DNA of 64,000 nucleotides from an uncultured delta proteobacterium. GTDB taxonomy: Bacteria; Myxococcota; Myxococcia; Myxococcales; Myxococcaceae. The notes under the pieces are model-generated. The model had not been told where the DNA came from and searched no databases. It worked only from the letters and a program-made list of their open reading frames with translations. Shown piece by piece: positions 61,254-64,000 of the stretch; the first letter of the stretch is position 1; the number at the start of each line of letters is the position of its first letter. The DNA is taken from positions 160,001 through 224,000 of the forward strand of contig CAVYSY010000052.1 of the NCBI GenBank assembly GCA_963771175.1, given 5' to 3'. The position numbers were made by a program, and so were the translations under genes.

Positions 61254-61814
61254 ATGCCTACACCAGCTCTGACGACCAGCGCCTACGTGCTTCACAACCT
61301 CGGTCTCGCCGCGGGCTTCGGCGGTTCGCTCTTCGGGCGCGTCGCGCTCAATCCGTCGGCGAAGCTCATCCATGACAAGCAGGACCGGGCGAGGATCGTC
61401 AACGCGGCGTGGAACGGCTACAACATCATCAACGCCCTGGGCGTGGGAGCCACCGCGCTCACCTGGTTCTTCGGTCGCTCCAAGATCAGCGGCCGGAGCA
61501 TCTCGCCGCTGGCGCGCAAGCTCGTCATCGCCAAGGACGTCCTGATGGGCGCCACGCTGGTCAGCGGGCTCGTCAACCTCATCGGCGGAGGCTTCCTGGC
61601 CAAGCGCGCCCTGAAAGAGGGCATCCCCATGGATTCCGGGAGCAAGGCCTCGGAGGAGGCGCCCCAGGACGTGAAGAACACCACCCGGCTCGTCAACGGA
61701 CTGGGAGTCTTCAACCTCGTCACCATGGCCGGCCTCATCGGTGTGTCCACGTGGCTGGATAACGTCGCGCAGACCCGCCTGAAGTGGCGGCTGGTGGCCA
61801 ACGTCCTGCCGTAG
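61254..61814 (+). CDS. Hypothetical membrane protein
   Basis: AAGGAGG RBS; four hydrophobic helices; 'HNLGLAAGFGGSLFG..ALNP'. Confidence 0.75.
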   Translation: MPTPALTTSAYVLHNLGLAAGFGGSLFGRVALNPSAKLIHDKQDRARIVNAAWNGYNIINALGVGATALTWFFGRSKISGRSISPLARKLVIAKDVLMGATLVSGLVNLIGGGFLAKRALKEGIPMDSGSKASEEAPQDVKNTTRLVNGLGVFNLVTMAGLIGVSTWLDNVAQTRLKWRLVANVLP

Positions 61815-61952
61815 TCGTCCGAGACAGCCTTCACGGCAGCTCCACACGGCCTCCGCGCGCACTCCGCGAGCGGGGGCCGTGCTGTGTCCGGGCCTCGCGA
61901 GTCCCCGTTGGCCCGCGGGGTGCAAACCCATTCCGGAAATGGAGGGAGATGG

Positions 61953-63218
61953 ATGCGAGGGAGGAGAGGAACACAGGTCATGGTGTGGGCATGGGCAATC
62001 CTCATGGTCGGCTGTGGTCCCCTCGTCCAGGAGAGGGAAGCAAACGTCTCCGAGCCGGCGCCGGGTGCGCCCGTGATGAGCGACCAGGAGGAGTCGCTGC
62101 CCGGAGGCGGGCTCGAGGTGGCCCCCATCCGGGTGGAGCCGCGGAGCCAGCCCCGGCCGTTGCCGCTCATGTTCCAGCCGGGCTTCCACCAGGCGCTGCG
62201 CTGGTCCTACAGCGCGAACGACGTGACGTTCCGCCTGCGCGTGCCGGTGGGCCGGGCGGGACAGCGGGTGCGGCTCGCCTTCCGCTCGGGAGACGGCAAC
62301 CTCGTGCTGCGCACGGCCACGGTGGCCCGGGCGGGGCCCGAGGGAGCGCTGGCCTCCGAGCCCGTGGCGGTGACGTTCTCCGGCTCGGCGGGCTTCTCCG
62401 TGGGCAAGCGGGTGCGCGTGGTGTCCGACCCCGTCTCCTTCCCCGTGGGCTTCCGCGACGAGCTGTTCGTGTCCTTCGAGGTGCAGGGCACGCTGGCGAT
62501 CAGCGCCATCCTGGCCATGCCCGGCAGCTACCTGCGCTCGGGCGCGTACGCGAGCGTCAAGGGAGCCATCGGCGGCACGCCGTGGGAGCACGCGGTGGGA
62601 CTGGCCACCGTGGACGTCGAGGGCCCGCCCTCGCGCGCCTTCGTCGCCCTGGGTGACAGCATCACCGAGGGCTACATCAGCGACCACGACGACGTGCGCC
62701 GCGCGTGGCCCGCCCTGGCGGAGGAGCAATTGGGGGTGCCCGTCGTCAACGCGGGCGTCTCGGGCCAGGGCTTCTATGACGAGCTGATGAACCTGGACCA
62801 GGAGGTGCTCTCGCTCCAGGGCGTCACCGACTGCATCGTGCTGCTGGGCACCAATGACCTGAGCGCACTGCCGACGACGAGCGAGCTGCGGGGGCGGATG
62901 AGCACGCTCCTCTCGCGGCTCAAACCCTTGTGCCGCACGTGGGTGGGCACGCTGCTGCCCAAGGAGAAGACCAACCACGGCGACTACACGGTGGTGAAGG
63001 CCCAGCGGCTGGAGATGAACGCGTGGATCCGCGCCACCTTCCCGGACGTCATCGACTTCGAGGCGGTGACGCGCCAGCGGGACAACGTGCACCTCTTCCT
63101 GGACGGGCTGGCGGTGGATGGCATCCACCCGAGCGCCGAGGGCCACCGGGTCATGGCCACCGAGGTGGTGCGCGTGCTGCGCGAGCAGGGGGTGCAACCC
63201 CAGGAGGGCGTGCGGTGA
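61953..63218 (+). CDS. SGNH/GDSL hydrolase lipoprotein
   Basis: Lipobox MVGC; GDSIT, NAGVSG, GTND, DGIHP. Confidence 0.9.
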   Translation: MRGRRGTQVMVWAWAILMVGCGPLVQEREANVSEPAPGAPVMSDQEESLPGGGLEVAPIRVEPRSQPRPLPLMFQPGFHQALRWSYSANDVTFRLRVPVGRAGQRVRLAFRSGDGNLVLRTATVARAGPEGALASEPVAVTFSGSAGFSVGKRVRVVSDPVSFPVGFRDELFVSFEVQGTLAISAILAMPGSYLRSGAYASVKGAIGGTPWEHAVGLATVDVEGPPSRAFVALGDSITEGYISDHDDVRRAWPALAEEQLGVPVVNAGVSGQGFYDELMNLDQEVLSLQGVTDCIVLLGTNDLSALPTTSELRGRMSTLLSRLKPLCRTWVGTLLPKEKTNHGDYTVVKAQRLEMNAWIRATFPDVIDFEAVTRQRDNVHLFLDGLAVDGIHPSAEGHRVMATEVVRVLREQGVQPQEGVR

Positions 63219-63219
63219 C

Positions 63220-64000
63220 TCAGTCGCCCTCGAAGCGGACCCCCGCGGCCTTCGCCTCGGCGACGAGCCGGTCCACCTTCTCGAGATAGGCCTCCATGTC
63301 CGCCTTCCGCTCCAGGCCGCCGGAGGACATGTAGCGCACGGTGCCGAAGATTTCGCGCTCGCCCCAGGGCCGGTCGTGCAGGCCGAAGAGCCAGCCGACG
63401 TTCGCGTACGAGTTCGCGTCGCGCCCATCCAGGAAGTATGTGTTGTTGAGCGCCAGCGTGGTGCGGTACGCGTGCTCGGGGGTGCTGCTCCACTCCAGTA
63501 TCTTCTTCCCCCAGTACATGCGCATGGCGTTGTGCATGTAGCCCGTGTAACGCATCTCGCGCATGGCGGCGTTCCAGTACGGGTCGTGCGTGCGCGCCCG
63601 CTCGAGCTGCTCCTTCGTGTACTGGTGGTGCCGCGCGTCGCTCCGGTGCTTGTCCAGCGTCTTGCGAGCCCACTCGGGCACGCACTCGAAGGAGTCGTAG
63701 TGCGGCGTGTACTCGACGAAGTTCTGCGCCAGCTCGCGCCGGACGATGAGCTCCTCGAGGAAGCTCTCGCGCTGGGGGTCCGCCACCTTCGCCTCGCGCG
63801 CGGCGAGCGCCACCTCCACCGGGCTCACCTGCCCGAAGTGGAGGTACTTGCTCATGTGCGAGACGTGGGTCGTCTCCGGGTGTGGCCGGCTCTCCTGGTA
63901 CTCGGGGAGGTGCTCGGTGATGAATTGACGCAGCAGGCGCTTCGCCTCGCTCGTGCCACCCCGGAAGAGGTGGCTCACCGGAGGCACCGAGCGGTCCAGG
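63220..64000 (-). CDS. phr: Class II CPD photolyase, C-terminal part; N-terminus beyond the window
   Basis: 'SKYLHFGQVS', 'EELIVRRELA.NF', 'THDPYWNAA', 'GYMHNAMRMYWGKKILEW', 'DGRDAN', 'HDRPW.ER.IFG.VRYM'. Confidence 0.93.
   Translation of the reverse strand, partial: LDRSVPPVSHLFRGGTSEAKRLLRQFITEHLPEYQESRPHPETTHVSHMSKYLHFGQVSPVEVALAAREAKVADPQRESFLEELIVRRELAQNFVEYTPHYDSFECVPEWARKTLDKHRSDARHHQYTKEQLERARTHDPYWNAAMREMRYTGYMHNAMRMYWGKKILEWSSTPEHAYRTTLALNNTYFLDGRDANSYANVGWLFGLHDRPWGEREIFGTVRYMSSGGLERKADMEAYLEKVDRLVAEAKAAGVRFEGD

Overview
This is high-GC myxobacterial chromosome, probably Archangium/Cystobacter-like (inferred from AgmC-like, SitA6/SitI6, MYXO-CTERM and FHA-sigma54 genes and many Ser/Thr kinases). 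A signalling and transport backbone is interrupted by an accessory patchwork at about 9.3-30.9 kb. Family names come from recognising motifs by eye; no database search was run. Main candidates: (1) a four-gene heme operon with a lipoprotein cytochrome c, YceI, a Cyc2-like cytochrome-porin fusion and a MYXO-CTERM-anchored cytochrome, resembling a trans-envelope electron conduit; (2) a complete but rearranged ebo cluster next to a second UbiA prenyltransferase and a Pyr4/PaxB-type membrane terpene cyclase, a candidate meroterpenoid pathway; (3) a peptidoglycan-binding Tlde1-like L,D-transpeptidase-fold protein behind a sigma28-like promoter; (4) two kinase/dead-cyclase/STAND/TPR paralogs around a TPR-CHAT protease and an ECF sigma factor; (5) a sigma54 promoter with paired TGTTGC-N7-GCAACA-like enhancer sites; (6) three 3'-end remnants of a Y1/RAYT-like transposase interleaved with unrelated fragments, plus a REPIN-like element; (7) a duplicated sitA6/sitI6 locus with one toxin internally deleted. 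Several conserved genes carry dense single-base indels that look like sequencing error, so frameshift-only pseudogene calls are uncertain. No rRNA, tRNA or CRISPR array was seen.
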